The notes under the pieces were generated by a model. It did not search any database. It was not told the origin of the DNA and saw only the letters and a list, made by a program, of their open reading frames with translations. The position numbers and the translations under genes are program-made. A DNA stretch of 64,000 nt from Cyanophora paradoxa CCMP329 (lineage: Eukaryota; Plantae; Glaucophyta). This document shows, in pieces, positions 35,993 to 48,752 of the stretch. Location: positions 186,001-250,000 of the forward strand of contig QPMI01000572.1 in the NCBI GenBank assembly GCA_004431415.1, read 5' to 3'. Position 1 is the first letter of the stretch, and each line of letters begins with the position of its first letter.

Positions 35993-37304
35993 CCGTTTAA
36001 TTTATAGACCCCCCTTACCCCCTTACCCCCCCCCCCCCCGCCCCCCACCTCCCACTTACCACCGCCCCCCCCCCCCCCCCCGCCCCGTACGCGTACCACC
36101 GACCCCTCCCTCCGGGGATTCCCCCCCCCCCCCCACACACACTCCCCCCGGCCCCATCTCCTTCACTCGAGAGGGCGAAGGAGAGGCCCCGAATGAGCTC
36201 TGCTAATATATAATTATAATGTGGATGAATTTCAAACAGCCGATCGATGTCCCTATATAGCTAGGCCTGGGTGGCAGGAGCAGCGCTAGCGCCCCAAACG
36301 CACATGTGCACGTGCACGCATATGCATGGAGATGATTCTGTATTAGAGTGCTCGATCCGATGATCTCATCTCGCGTGTACTTGTGTCGCGATGGCTTATA
36401 TAATTACAGGAGCTGGGCGCTGAACGCCTCACCGTGTACGGTACATGTACATGTACATGTATACGTATAGCTGTTTCGCCAAGCCTGACTCGGCCTGATT
36501 GAAGCCTGTTTCAGATCAGGTTGAGACAGGCCCCGGCGACCCCTTTTTTAATTTACTAGCTATAGTGTGGAGCTGCTGGACTGGCGGCGAGAACGTCGAC
36601 GTCGGGCTCGACATGCATATGAGAGCGGCGCCGGCGCAATGGCGCGGGCGCCCGTACGCGTGCATGCGCAGCGAAGCCCATGAGCATACTGGTATGCATC
36701 GTGCGCATGCCACGTCGACATCGCCCACCGCGCAATTGCAACTCTCCGAGCTCGAGTCACAGCATCGTCGAGCACGCGTACGTGCTGAATCGTTTGCTAC
36801 ACGGAGGACGCCGGGTCGCGGATACCTTAAAAGCTTAGAATTATCCGCTTTGACCACAGGACCACCGGCAGCGGGGTACGCGTGCAATTGAAAGCTGGAC
36901 TCTGCCAGCTCCGAGCTCACGCACAGCGATCCAAGCGATTGCCATTTCTTACTCTCTGCTCCGGTTGCTGCTACGTTCTGCACCTGGATCGCAACTTGTG
37001 CGGGAGGGTAAGACCTCGTCGATTCAGCGCGCGCGGAGTCGCGATCGCGACCGGCAACGTGAACTCAGCTGCGCGCGCGGGTCGTGACTCGTGAACAGTT
37101 CATAGGCAGCAAGCGAGTCGAATAGTCGACTACCGTACTACTACGCAAGTTGGCGCCTCTATAGCTAGATCTGCAGTGAGAGTCGACATCGCGTCTCTAC
37201 GATGCAAGAAAGGTCGCGGCCGCGGGCATGCGCAGCAGGTGAGTTTAGCTGCGCGCTTTGCACGTGCCGCCGCTCTCCGCTGATGGTGTCGGCGACCAGA
37301 CCGA

Positions 37305-40094
37305 ATGCGCGCCGGCGCCGTCGACGTCCGCGGCCGCAGCTGCAGCCTGAGCCTTGGTCTCCTGCCGCTCGGTGCTTTCTGGATCGGGCTTCTTGCAATT
37401 GAATTCCACCTTGCCGCCGCGCAAACATTCGTTCGTCTCCCCTCGCCCCCCGCCGCGCATTCGAGCGCCGGCGCCGGCGCAGGCGCTGATTCTCGCGGCC
37501 CGCGACCGCCTCGCAGGTCCCTTGGCAGCCTCCCCCGGCCATCTTCAAGGTGAGCGCGTAGCTTCGGATGATCCGGGGCCTTGGATTGCGGCCGCCGGCC
37601 GCGGGTGCACGCGCTCGAGCTCACGCGCGCCCTCTTCCGGATCCTTCGCGCGGCGCGGCCGCCTTCAGATCGCCGGTGCGCATCGCCCCGGACTCCGCCC
37701 TATTTTCAAATCTAATTGCAATCTATTTTCAGGAACGATCGAAACGGGCCTGCCCTCCGGCGCGCTGGGCGTAGGTGGGCCACGCGACCGGCGGCCGGCG
37801 AGCCCGCGGCCGACCCGCCCCCGCAGGGACGGCCACGTCGCTCGGCGACATTTACGGCCTCGTCTACTGCCCCCTCGACCGCTCCCTCTACTACACTTCC
37901 CCCTGTGCGAGAATCCCTGCCCCCCCCCCCCACCCCCCCCACCCCCTCCCCCCCCCCCTCCGATCCTCCCCTCCCGCCCGCCCCTCCGCAACTCCCCTCC
38001 TCCGGATCCCCTCCCTCCCCACTCCTCTTCCTCCGCCAAGCGGTTCCTCCCCCCCTCGCGGAAGACTCTGTTAACTGGTACCCCCCTCGCTCAGTGGACT
38101 GGAACTTCCGGCGTGTCTCGACGAGCCCCCCGTACATGATCACGGAGTACAAGACGGGCACCCTGAGCGCGAAGTCGCTCGCCATCGACAAGGACTGGTA
38201 CCCGCCCTCCCTTCCCCCCGGCCCGCTCGGCGGGGCACGCGAATCGTCGACGTCCCGACGCGCCCGCGGCGCCCCCGGCCGCAGCAACATATACGCGGGC
38301 ACCGACACTGGGGGAAACCAAGTCGTCAAGGTGGTAGATCTTTATTAGATACTATATTTAGAGCCGCTCCGGATCCACAGAACTCTTCACAAAGCGCCCG
38401 AAGCCTCGAAAGGCCTCAGCTTGGGCGATCTGCGTCGTGACCTGCAGCTGCTCCCGCCCGGCCTTCCCGCCCGCATGCGCAGATCACCCCGGACGGGGCG
38501 ATGACCACAGTCGGCACGCTCCCCGCCACGGCCTACGCTCTCGCGATCGATTTCGCGCGCAGCAACATCGTGCGCCGCCCCTACAACAACGCGTCCCTCT
38601 CATTTCGCCTCGGAGCCGCGGTCGTGAACTGACCACGCTGGCCGTGGTCAGTGGGTCTCGTTCGCAGGCACCAAAGGCCTGGGAAAGGTGTGTGATTTTC
38701 CTCGCCGCCGATATTCACCCTCTTCGTCCCGCGCCTGAGCCAGCGGGCGGCGCCGGCCCGCCCCCCAACAGATCGACATGCTCACGGGGACCTACACGGA
38801 GGCGAGCCCGCGCCCGCTTTCGCCGCCCGCCACGGCCGGCAGGCCCGCCCCCGTGTTCTCGCTCCAACTCGCGATCGGCCCCACAGGTGATCCCGTGGTC
38901 GACTGCGACGCCCAACACCGAAACAGCAGTCCGCCGCATTCCTTCCCTTCCTTCCTTGCTCGTGCCTCCCCTGTTGTCGATGCGGCGCGCGCGCGCGTAG
39001 GCGCTCGCCGTAGACACGACTCGCGACCGGCTCTGGTGGATGGTGCCCGCCCGCCAGAGCGCCCCTGCCCGCGCCCGCGCCCCCCGACCCGGCCGGCCGG
39101 CCGGCAGACCTCGCAGAAGAGCATCCACTACCTCGACCTCAAGACGGACACGGCTAACCCCAACAGCGTCTGCACGTGCGCCCTGAAGCTCGCGCGCCCG
39201 CTCGCGCGCGCCCTCCCCGCCGTCGACTTGCAGGCTGGCCGTCTTCTGACCGTCGGACATGTGATTGTAGGGACGGGCTCAACTGGGAGCTGAGGGACGG
39301 CCCCTGCGCGACGGCGCGCATCTACGGGCCCGGGAACATGCAGGCGCGCCCCCGCGGCCCCCCGATGGCCCCGTCTGCTCGATCTCGCGCGCGCGCGCGC
39401 GCTGATTTCGGGCTCGACTCGCATCAAAACAGTACATCGAGGACCTCGATGCGATCATATTCCCGGAGCAGCTCGGCGCCATGCGCGTCCTTAAGCTCAA
39501 GGTCGGCTCGGGGGCCTGCAGCTTGGATCGACGCCTGCAGCGCTAGCGGCTCTGACCGTGACCGTGACCGCGCTCCAGGAGATGGAGATCATGACCATAG
39601 CGGGCGGGAACCAGGACACGGCCGTCACGACGAACGCGGACGGCGTCGGCACCGCCGCCCGCATCGCCCACGTCCGCCCTCTCGCAGCTTCGAATTCAGC
39701 TCCTGCTTCTTGAGCTCGAGACTGTGGCTAACCTGCCCCCGCTCGATCAGGCCCGAGCGGCCGCGTGGGACAGCGTCACGGGCGACTTGTATCTAGGCGT
39801 AGGGTACGGCGCGGGGTGGATCTTCAGGTGAGGCCGCTCGAGCTCGCCCCCACGGGGTATAGAGAATGACGGGCGTAGGATCGCGCGGGCATAAATAAAT
39901 CTAGTCCAAGATCTGAAGGGCGGGTCGCCTCGAGCTCGGATGCGCCTCTGATGCGCACGGGGCCGGGGCGGGGGGCGGGGCGGGAGGGCAGGATCACGAC
40001 GGGCGCGTCGTTCCTGAAGGCGCCGACGTACTCGCGCTTCGTCATCAACAGCGGCTCCGTCTCCATCGCCAGCGGCGCCATCGTCCTCGAGTAG
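37305..40094 (+). CDS. Secreted or membrane NHL-like beta-propeller protein, copy 2
   Basis: Same exon structure and near-identical exons as copy 1. TAG at 40092-40094. Confidence 0.78.
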
Positions 40095-40961
40095 ACCTTG
40101 ATAGATTGTCTGGATCGCGCATTATGCGCGGAGCGTAGAATAAGATTTGTGCGAGCCGTCAGTGCCCCAGCCGAGACTCGAGAAATATTTATTTTGGCCG
40201 CACGAGCCGCGGGTTCGACTCCACAGCGGAGGCAAGGCCAAAAATAAATACTTGCACGTTTTGCATGCGCGCGAGGCCGCCGGCCAGAATTCGAAGGCCG
40301 CGAAAAAAGCGGCGGCCGGCCAGAAGGCCGCGAAAAAAGCGGCGAAAAAAGATCGGGTGTTTCATTGGACACGGATCCCGGAATTACATATACAGGACTC
40401 ACTCTGCCGCCACACCTAAATTAAATACCGGGTATGCCACCTAAGGCTATCTACCCAGTCGAGTAGCTATCTAGCCAGTAGTATATACGTAGCCGAGCTC
40501 GACGCCGCGTGCACATATGCATGGCCCCCGGCCCGACACGAACCGTTGAACCACTCTAGCCAGTAGTAGCAGAGCTCGAGGCCGCGCGCGTGCACGTGGC
40601 CCCCGACGCGAACTGCTCGAGCTCTCGCACTTCTCCCACTCCTCGTACCCCCGATCGACCCCCCCCCCGCCCCGTATACGTACCCCCGACCCCCCCCCCT
40701 CCCCTCGAGAGGGCGAAGGAGAGGTCCTGAATTTATGAGCTCTGCTAATATAATATACAATGCGGATAAATTTGAAACAGCCGATCGATGTCCCTAGGCC
40801 TGGCCATGGGTGGCAGGAACAGCGCCCCAAACGCACATGTACATGTGCACGCATTTGCATGCCATGGGGCATGATGAAGATGATCATGATTTCGAATTCG
40901 TATTAGGGTACGGTGCTCGATCGCGATCCGAGGCATGTACATGTGCTTGTGTCGCGATGGC

Positions 40962-43900
40962 TTACAGGAGCTGGGCGCTGAGCGCCTCACCGCCCACAGC
41001 GCAGGCACCGGCGGCCGCGCCGCAGCAGGCGCAGGCCTCCGCCCCCGCCGCGTCGCCCGCGCCGCCCTCGGCCCCGGCGTCTTCGCCGGCGGCCGCGTCC
41101 CCATCGAAAGCGTCCGCCAGGGCGCCGCCCGCGTCCTGCCCAATCAATAATTACACTTGTTATGCACATGATTATTGATACTTGGGCGCATTAGCACCTC
41201 CAATCTTGGTCGGCGACGTACTGGTACACCTCGTCCATCTGCAGGCTGGGCGTCAGCCGCGCGCGGATACGGCCGCGGATTCCTTTCTTAATTTTATAAG
41301 CTTAGTGCGTGTTCTCGCGGCGCGCGCGCCTGGCCGTACACGAAGGCGACGTTGTTGAAGTCCGAGCAGGGGTTCTTCGCGACGCCGGCGGGCCCCTTGA
41401 CCGTCACGGGGGGCGCGACACCTGTCAACATTCGTTCAAGGGCAGTCAAGCTGCAAGGTTCCAAGGACAGCCCCACGGGTGCAATCGCAAGCTTCAAGCT
41501 TCAAGGGCGCACCGGGCTGATATGGCCCGTACGAGATTCGAAGCTGAGACGCGCAGAGCCGAAGTCAGCGGATCCGATCGGTTCACGTGCACGTGCCAGA
41601 TATATATATGTATAGACCGGGACCCGCGCCCACCGGCATTCCCGACTCCCAGCGGATCTTGTTCTCGTTGATGACGTTGTCCGTCTTGTCCCTGAAATTG
41701 TAGAACTGGCCGAGGCCCGTCGTCTTGTACTCCGAGTTCTGCTCATGCATGACGAAATTCGTTAGTTGAAGTTTCCGAATATAGATCCCCCCTTGGAGGG
41801 ACGTTGCGATCGACGCCTGACCTTGTATCCCGACACGGTCTCGGTAGTGTCGTCCTTCTGGTTTGTCAGGTAGTGGTACGCATGGATCATCCTGCGCACG
41901 GAATATTAATTCGAAGAGCCGGTGCCGGTGACCGTCACGGCGTCAACGTTGCAGATCTAGAGTCCCACGCTCCGAAGCCCTCAGCGGGTCTAGATCTTCT
42001 AATTGTAAATTCAAATACAAATAGAGCAGCTCTAGAGCTTCAAATATTTAATTTGCGGAGTAGGGGAGTGTGTGTAAATAGAAACGCGGGTCGCACTCGT
42101 GGGCGAGGGTGGAGAACGCGCCGCCGGTCTGGAAGGGGGCGCCCAGGAAGGCGTTGGCGACGTCGGGGTTCTGGGCCCCGTACGCCGGGTCGTTGTTCGC
42201 CCCCGTCGGGTCCTACGTATACATCCACAAATCAGACTCGAGGCTCGAATTCGAGTACCGTAGTACGATCACGGGTAGGAATTCGGGTTGGACAAACCCA
42301 GAAGATCATGGCCTGGTCGCCCGTGCCGTCGGTGGCCAGCACGTGCGATTCCGCCGTGATCCACTTGCCGGGCTTCGCCGGGTCCGGCACGCGCGCCGGA
42401 TTGTACCTGCGCTTGCGCGAGTTTACGATGAATATTGCGGGGGGCGAATTCGAATTTGTCGCTGCGGACCCGGCGGTTTCGTTGAGGCGCGCGTTGCCCC
42501 TGCCCGGCCGCTCGGTTAATAATAAGAGCAGCGCGGCACGGCGCAAACTTAATGATAAAGATAATCTAGGGCGGGTCTTTGTGTCTCTACAATTACGTAA
42601 AAGCCCAGCCACGGACAGCCCAGTGCGGGTGTCTTTGTCATTCTTTGTATACGATGATATTATTGCGCCGAAACTCCGATGGGCCGCTCTCACTTCATTA
42701 TGGCAATCTGAGCGATTCGAGTAAGCGTGGAGTACGTATACGGTGGCACACGGACGCGGCGCGGGGGCCGCGGGGCCGGGGCGCGCGCTCGCCTTGACGC
42801 GGCCGGTGTTCTGCACGCCGAACTTGACGTTTGCGCCCGCGATCTGCGAAGCTTAATATAAGCTTAAGCTCTAGAAGGAAATATTGTAAGAGGAGCTAGA
42901 TCCGGGCGCGCCGCCTGCAGGAGCTTGTGGCCCGTGGGCGTCAGGTCCGTGTCGTCCAGCGCCGCGGTCACCTGCCCGGCCCCGACCCGTCTCAGAGTCT
43001 CATTTCGGACTCGAGTCCGCCGATGTAATAGATCCCCGCACGCGCACCCGATCGAAGAAGGCCCTGTCTGCGTCGTGGCGGAACACGACCTGCCTGTCCA
43101 AGAACACCGGCTGCCAGCCCCCGAGACGTAGTTAGATCTGGAAAGAAGCGAAAGAAGGCTCAGTTAAATTAAAGCCCGGTGAACTCGCCGTTTCTACTTT
43201 GGTAATTGGGTCGATCTCCGTCCCGTCCGGCTCCTGGCACTTCCCGAGCTGCGGCGCCAAGCCTTCCGATTCCCCTTTCCGTCAGCAACGATCGAGACTC
43301 AGAAACGCTAACTAAAACTTGACTCAGTGAGAATGGCGTTAGAAGTTCGAAATTGAAGATTATAAGGAATAACAGGACCACTGGGCCAACACATGTACAA
43401 CTAGTACTGACGCGGCCGCACCCGACTGGATCCAGATCCCACTGCGGTGCCGGCCGCGCCATCGGGGCACCGGTACGGGCTCACGATCAGCGGCGTAACA
43501 GCGCTAGCGGTGTAATTTCAACCCTCAAGGAAAGAATTCGATGCGCACGCGTATTTGGAGGACAAGAGGCGGACGTGAGCCATCTGCTTCGCGAGCTTCA
43601 CCTTTGCCCTGTGCACAACGGCCGGGTCATGATAAGATTAAGCTTAGTCTTCGCTCAAGCTTGATCACGATCGTGAGTATCTCATGCTAAGCTTCGAAAA
43701 TTCACTGCATCAAAGCTAAAGAAAAACTGAGCTTCACTGATAATCTTGATGATAACGTCATGATGAGAATTTTCAAAGAGCTTCAGCCTGATCTAAAGTT
43801 GATCATGATCATGATCATGAATTTTCGAGGAGCTTGAGCTAAAGTTGACTGAGTGAGCTCTTTAATTTAATTTGCGATTATAAAAAATCGATATCAGGTT

Positions 43901-44158
43901 CGTCTGAGCACTGCGGCGCCGGCATGCGCACGGGTCGTTCGCGATCTTGTTCGACGCCATGATCTCGGGCATCGTCTCAATCCTGCATGATCACGATCAT
44001 ACGGCCGTTAACGTTGATGATACTTGTAAAACAATTTTAATGATCATGATGGACAACGAGGCCTATGTGCCTCAGTGATATCGATGGCAAATTCATCAAA
44101 GGGCGCACGCGTAGTCACAGTACGTGTCCTTGCATCTGATCTTCGCGTTCTTGTTGCC
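40962..44158 (-). CDS. Hypothetical multi-exon protein
   Basis: Splice-bounded, GC3-rich exons: GNKNAKIRCKDTYCDY, IETMPEIMASNKIAND, VTAALDDTDLTPTGHKL, KRRYNPARVPDPAKPGKWITAESHVLATDGTGDQAMIFW, DVYVGPDGANNDPAYGAQNPDVANAFLGAPFQ, FYNFRDKTDNVINENKIRWESG and MDEVYQYVADQDW. No family recognised and both ends are uncertain. Confidence 0.65.
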
Positions 44159-46868
44159 CTGCGCGCGTAATTATATAAGCTTAAATTAAGCGGCGGAGTG
44201 CGTCACGAGCAGCGCGCGCGGCCGCAGATCCAGATCTAGAGATTTATAATTAGATGATCCGGAGTTCCATCTATCATGATGATCAGCCGAAGCCGGCCTA
44301 GGTCTTCAAGGCTTGGCAGCTGCAGCTGCGGCTGCAGGCCGGCCGCGGGCCGTGCGGCCGTGCACGTGGCCGGCAGCCGCACGCTGCATGCGCGCGCAGC
44401 TGATCATGATATCGATCATGAGCTTCGATCCGCGGCGCGCGCCGGCGCGGGCCGGCCGTGGCCATGGGATGCCGCCGTCGGCCATGCATATGGCCATGGC
44501 CGGAGACGCGTCCGCGCGCGCCCGGCCCGCCGCCCGCGGCCGGCCAGCTGCAGCCGGCCGCGGAGGTGGCCATATGCATGGCCATGGGCCGTACGCGTGG
44601 CACACGGCGAGATCTAGAGATGAGAGCTCGAGGAAATCCTTGAAGACTCAGCGCATGCGCACCATTGCGATTATGGATGGTTATGGATGTGCACGCGTAC
44701 GCGTGGCGCGAGACCCAGTGAAGCCGAAACCTGAATCCGTCGAACAGCCGCCGAGTGCTTCACACCGACTCTCGGTACCGGCTCAGTGAGACTCGAGTAC
44801 GCAGCTGCAGCTGCGGCCTAGGCCTACTGTTCGAACTGCTGCAGGCCCAGTGCAACTTGCAAGGCCTTCGAAATTCGACCGCGAGCAGCAGATCTAGATG
44901 CTGCGCTAGCGCGCTGCTGCGGGCCGCCGGGGGCCGGGGCCCGCCGCATGCGCATGCATGGATTATGGATATCGATGCAGCTGCGCGGCCCCGGGGCGGG
45001 TACATGATTTAACATCGCGATCGCGAATCACCGAGTCACGCTGGGTTCGCAGACTCGCGATCGATCGCGACGCATCTTCGAATTCAGAGGCTCGCGATCG
45101 CGATCGGCCCGCTCGGGGAACCGTGGCACTGTACCCCAGCGCTAGCGCTGGCGCGGCGCCGGCGCCGGCCAAGCGCGCGCGCTGCGGTGGGCGCCAGCTC
45201 AGCAGCGCTGGTCCCGCGGGCCGCGGCTCCCGGCGCGGCCGCCGCCGCCGCGCGTGTGCGGGAACGCCGGCCGCGGGCCGGCGCGCCAGCCCGAGCCCGG
45301 CGGCCCCCCCGACGGTGCCCGCGCGGCCGCTCAGCAGCTCAGCTGCGGCTGGCCCCATGGCCAGTGGGCCGCGCGCGCCGCGGAAGCTAGCTGCAGCCTG
45401 CATGCGCACAGCCTGCAGTCTGGCCGGCACGCTCGCGCTGGCCCTACACGTATGCGTGTGTGCGCACGTGTGCGTATACGTATTAATTAATATTAATATT
45501 ACGGTACGTGTACGCGTGGATCCCGGAGGCCTCCCCAATATTTAATGAGTCCCCATGCGATCGCTGGCCCGACGCTGGGCCGCCGCGCAAGCCTGCAGAG
45601 AGATCACAATCACTGCAGATCTAGATCTAAATTTTTACTTCGGACGTGGCGGGAGTGTGGCGGGCGCCGGCGCCGGCGCGCGCTGCTCCGAGGCTCGCCG
45701 GACGGGGCGGGGGCCCGTCGGGCGGCGCGGCGGCTCGCCGGTCGGGGGCCTCGGGCCGGGGCGGAGGCTCGGCGGGCGGCGGCGCGGTTCGCCGGACGTC
45801 GACGTCGACGGGACGGAGGCGCGTCGGCGTGGACGCGGCCGGCGGCCGCGGCTGCTGCACTAGCTAGCTATAGCGCTATATCAGCGGCCACGCGCGCATA
45901 ATGGCATGCGCAGGCATGCGGCCGGCGGCTGCTGCGCATGCAGTGCCATGCACTAGTACTATATAGCTAGGCTGCCAGTGCCTGCCACTAGCTATAGCTA
46001 GCGCTATGGAGGCGCGGGGCGGAACGATGCATCATGGGCGTACGCGTGCCCGCCGCGCTCTGTCTACGCCGCGGCGCCCGCCGCGGGCCCACGCCGCTGC
46101 TGCGGCGGCCGCGGCCGGCGCCGGTGGACGCGCGCGGCCGCGGCCGGTGGCTGCAGCTGCTGCGCATGCGCATGCACTAGTACTAGCTATAGTACAAGCC
46201 GGCGCCGGCGGACGCGGCCTGCGGCTGCTGCGGCTGCAGCGCGCGGCCGCGCCATCGGCGTGGAGCGCCGTGGACGCGGCCGCGGCCGGGCTGGCAGCCT
46301 GGCGCGGCGCGGCCGCGGCCCGCGGCGGCTGCGCATATGCATGCGCATGCATGCGCAGCTGCTGCTCTAGTACCAGTATCGTACCCGGCGGCGTACCGAA
46401 ACTTCCGACCCATCATGATATGGATATGCATGAAATGATCATGAGCTTGACATGATCATGAGGCGGGGAATTGCAAGTGGAAGCATGCGCGCGCGCGCAG
46501 TTCCGACCAGGCCTAGGGGGGTACGCGACGAGGCAACTTACGAGATCGTGCAAAAGGCGCCCTCTTCGCGGGCGACCTTTTGCAAGCAGCAAACACCTTC
46601 GAATTCGTGAGCATAGTGACGTGAGTCCAACTTGGCGCTGACTCGCGACCTTCTTGCGGCGCCGGCGGCGACCGTTCGCGTCGACGCGCACCCACGGATC
46701 GGAAGGCGCGCCAGATCGCCACGCTGTGCTTGTCGTGCAGCAGCAGCAGCGGAAGGCGCTTCTCTTTCTAATTATCAGCACGTCGGCAGCGCGCTCCGAA
46801 ATCCGTCGTATCTGCACTGATTCTGCAGCATCAGCCGCATAACGCAGCGTCGCAGCCTCGAGATTCAA

Positions 46869-47896
46869 ATGCAACCAGCACCGCCAGCAGCGTCAAGGCC
46901 ATCAACGAGTACTAGTCGACCGTCGCTCACCCCGCGTTCAGCAAGCGCGCTGAGTGCAGCCATGGGCACGGCGAGGATGCAAATGAGTGGTGCTTCCGCC
47001 GGGCTGGGATCGCTTGCTGTCGATCTGGGGAGCAGTAGCAGTTCCTTGTCCGATGATGCAGAAGATTTCTTCTCGCCTCCGATGCAGACGCGTGCGCCGA
47101 GTGCGGGTCGGAGTGCCCGATGCGCCGATAACAACGTGCCGCTCACGGACCTTGCGCTGCAGGGCCGGGCCGATCGTTGTCCGTACTAATACCAAGCCGC
47201 GGCGCCGAGTCGGAGCCCTCGAATGATCCGGAAGGTCGGCGCGGGCGCTCTGCGTTAGCCAGCGGCAGGCCGGCAAGCGGCGGAGTCGGCCGCTTCGAAT
47301 TCGGTGGCCCTTCCGCATCCTCGGCGCCCTCTCTGGGAGCCAGCCCGTTCTCCAACGCCGATGCGCTCGGCCTTGGGGCCATTCCGGAGTCTACGCCGCC
47401 GGCCGACTGCGCCGCCGGCCGCTGGCATCACCTCATGCCGCGCCAGAGCGGTCGCCTCTCCTCGCCCAAGGAGATCCCGTCGCCCTCCAGAGCGGCAGCG
47501 CGCCTCCAGAGCGCGCTCTCCTTCAGCGGGAGCCCGTCCCGGCCCTCGCTCCTCGGCGGCGACAGCCCCCGCGCCGATACGCCGACGCGCGCATTCGATC
47601 ACGAGAGCCCGGTGCGCTCGCCGGCGCCGGCCTCGATCTCGCAGCCCGCCCGCCGCCCCGGTCGGTTCTCACCGCGCCTGCGATCGCAGCGGGGGTCCCT
47701 GGCGGTCAAGATCCCGCCGCCGCGCCCGCCCGCGCGGGAGCTCGCGGCGGCGATTGCCATCCCGCGACCCGCGTCGCGGGAGACGCTGGCGCCGACGTCA
47801 GCCTGGGAGGCCGAGCTGACGCGGCGCCTCTCGGTCTCCGCCGGCGCCGGCTCGCCCTCCTCCCCCTTCGGCTTCCTCTCAGCCTCCTGCTCGTGA
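46869..47896 (+). CDS. Ser/Pro/Arg-rich, probably disordered hypothetical protein (likely two exons)
   Basis: ORFs 46869-47189 and 47177-47896 can be joined by a short intron. Many SP and RxxS motifs. Confidence 0.5.
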
Positions 47897-48752
47897 GTGA
47901 CGTCACGCCCGCCTCGGGCCAGGCGGACTTGCCCAGGCCTGAAAGACCCCGTGCCTCTTTGCCGCCTCTTTCTTCTGTGGAGTGGACCTTGGACGCGTTT
48001 CAAGAGAATGCGTAGGATGTGATTTCTTTGATGTGATAGGCAGAGATTTCAAATAGGCTTCTCGATCCGAGGTAGCGCCTCAGTTTAGCCAGCTGCTGAG
48101 ACTTCGACTAGGCTACTGCTTGAGTGCTTACCTGGAGTCGGTAGACTATCTTGAGTGTATTTGCTACCGTAGTACTGCAGATCTAGATGCTCGATGTGAT
48201 CAGTGATGTCCATTTCCCATTTACCTGTACTTTGCGAAAGTTTCTATGTAGCCTGCTATTCGTTCCCCTCAGGCCTCCCCACCCGGCCACTGAGTCGTGC
48301 GCCTCACGACGTGCCCCGCTGGGCCGCTCGTTCAAACCCTCCCGCCCTCGCAGGCGTGTTCTTTCTCTCTCGATCGCGAGCTCTTCACTGCAGGTAGTAG
48401 TTGTAGCCTGTAGCCATTCGGGCGCCGTCCGCGGGGCTGCGGACCGGCTGCAGTGATCACATGCATGTGCATGAATTCGAAGCGCCCTCGCGGCGACCTA
48501 TGTTCTACGTATGCACGAATTTGTAGATACCTAGGCCCCCGCCGTACGCGTGCGCCTACTTCATACGCAGTTTGCGTATGCTATGATGATCGGAAACCTG
48601 AAATGTAACTTATTCAGTCGGAGGCAGTGTATTTGTATAAGCCTGAAAGGTCCTGACGACTATGCGTCAGAAAGGTGGCCCCTCTTTCGCGCAGCAGCGA
48701 TCGCAAGGAAGCTGGGGCGGGCCGGGGCCGGGGCCGGGGCCGGGGGGCGGGG

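Larger units (their letters stand above)
32680..40992. repeat. Tandem segmental duplication (~32680-36432 versus ~36625-40992)
   Basis: Shared upstream (ACGTGCTGAATCGTT at ~32793 and ~36780), coding and downstream (CTCGAGAGGGCGAAGGAGAGG at ~36166 and ~40704; ACAGGAGCTGGGCGCTGA at ~36406 and ~40964) sequence. Confidence 0.92.

Noticed and set aside
44200-46460. Many overlapping Ala/Arg/Gly-rich ORFs
   Set aside because: These are expected in GC-rich palindromic DNA. No consistent exon chain or motif was found.
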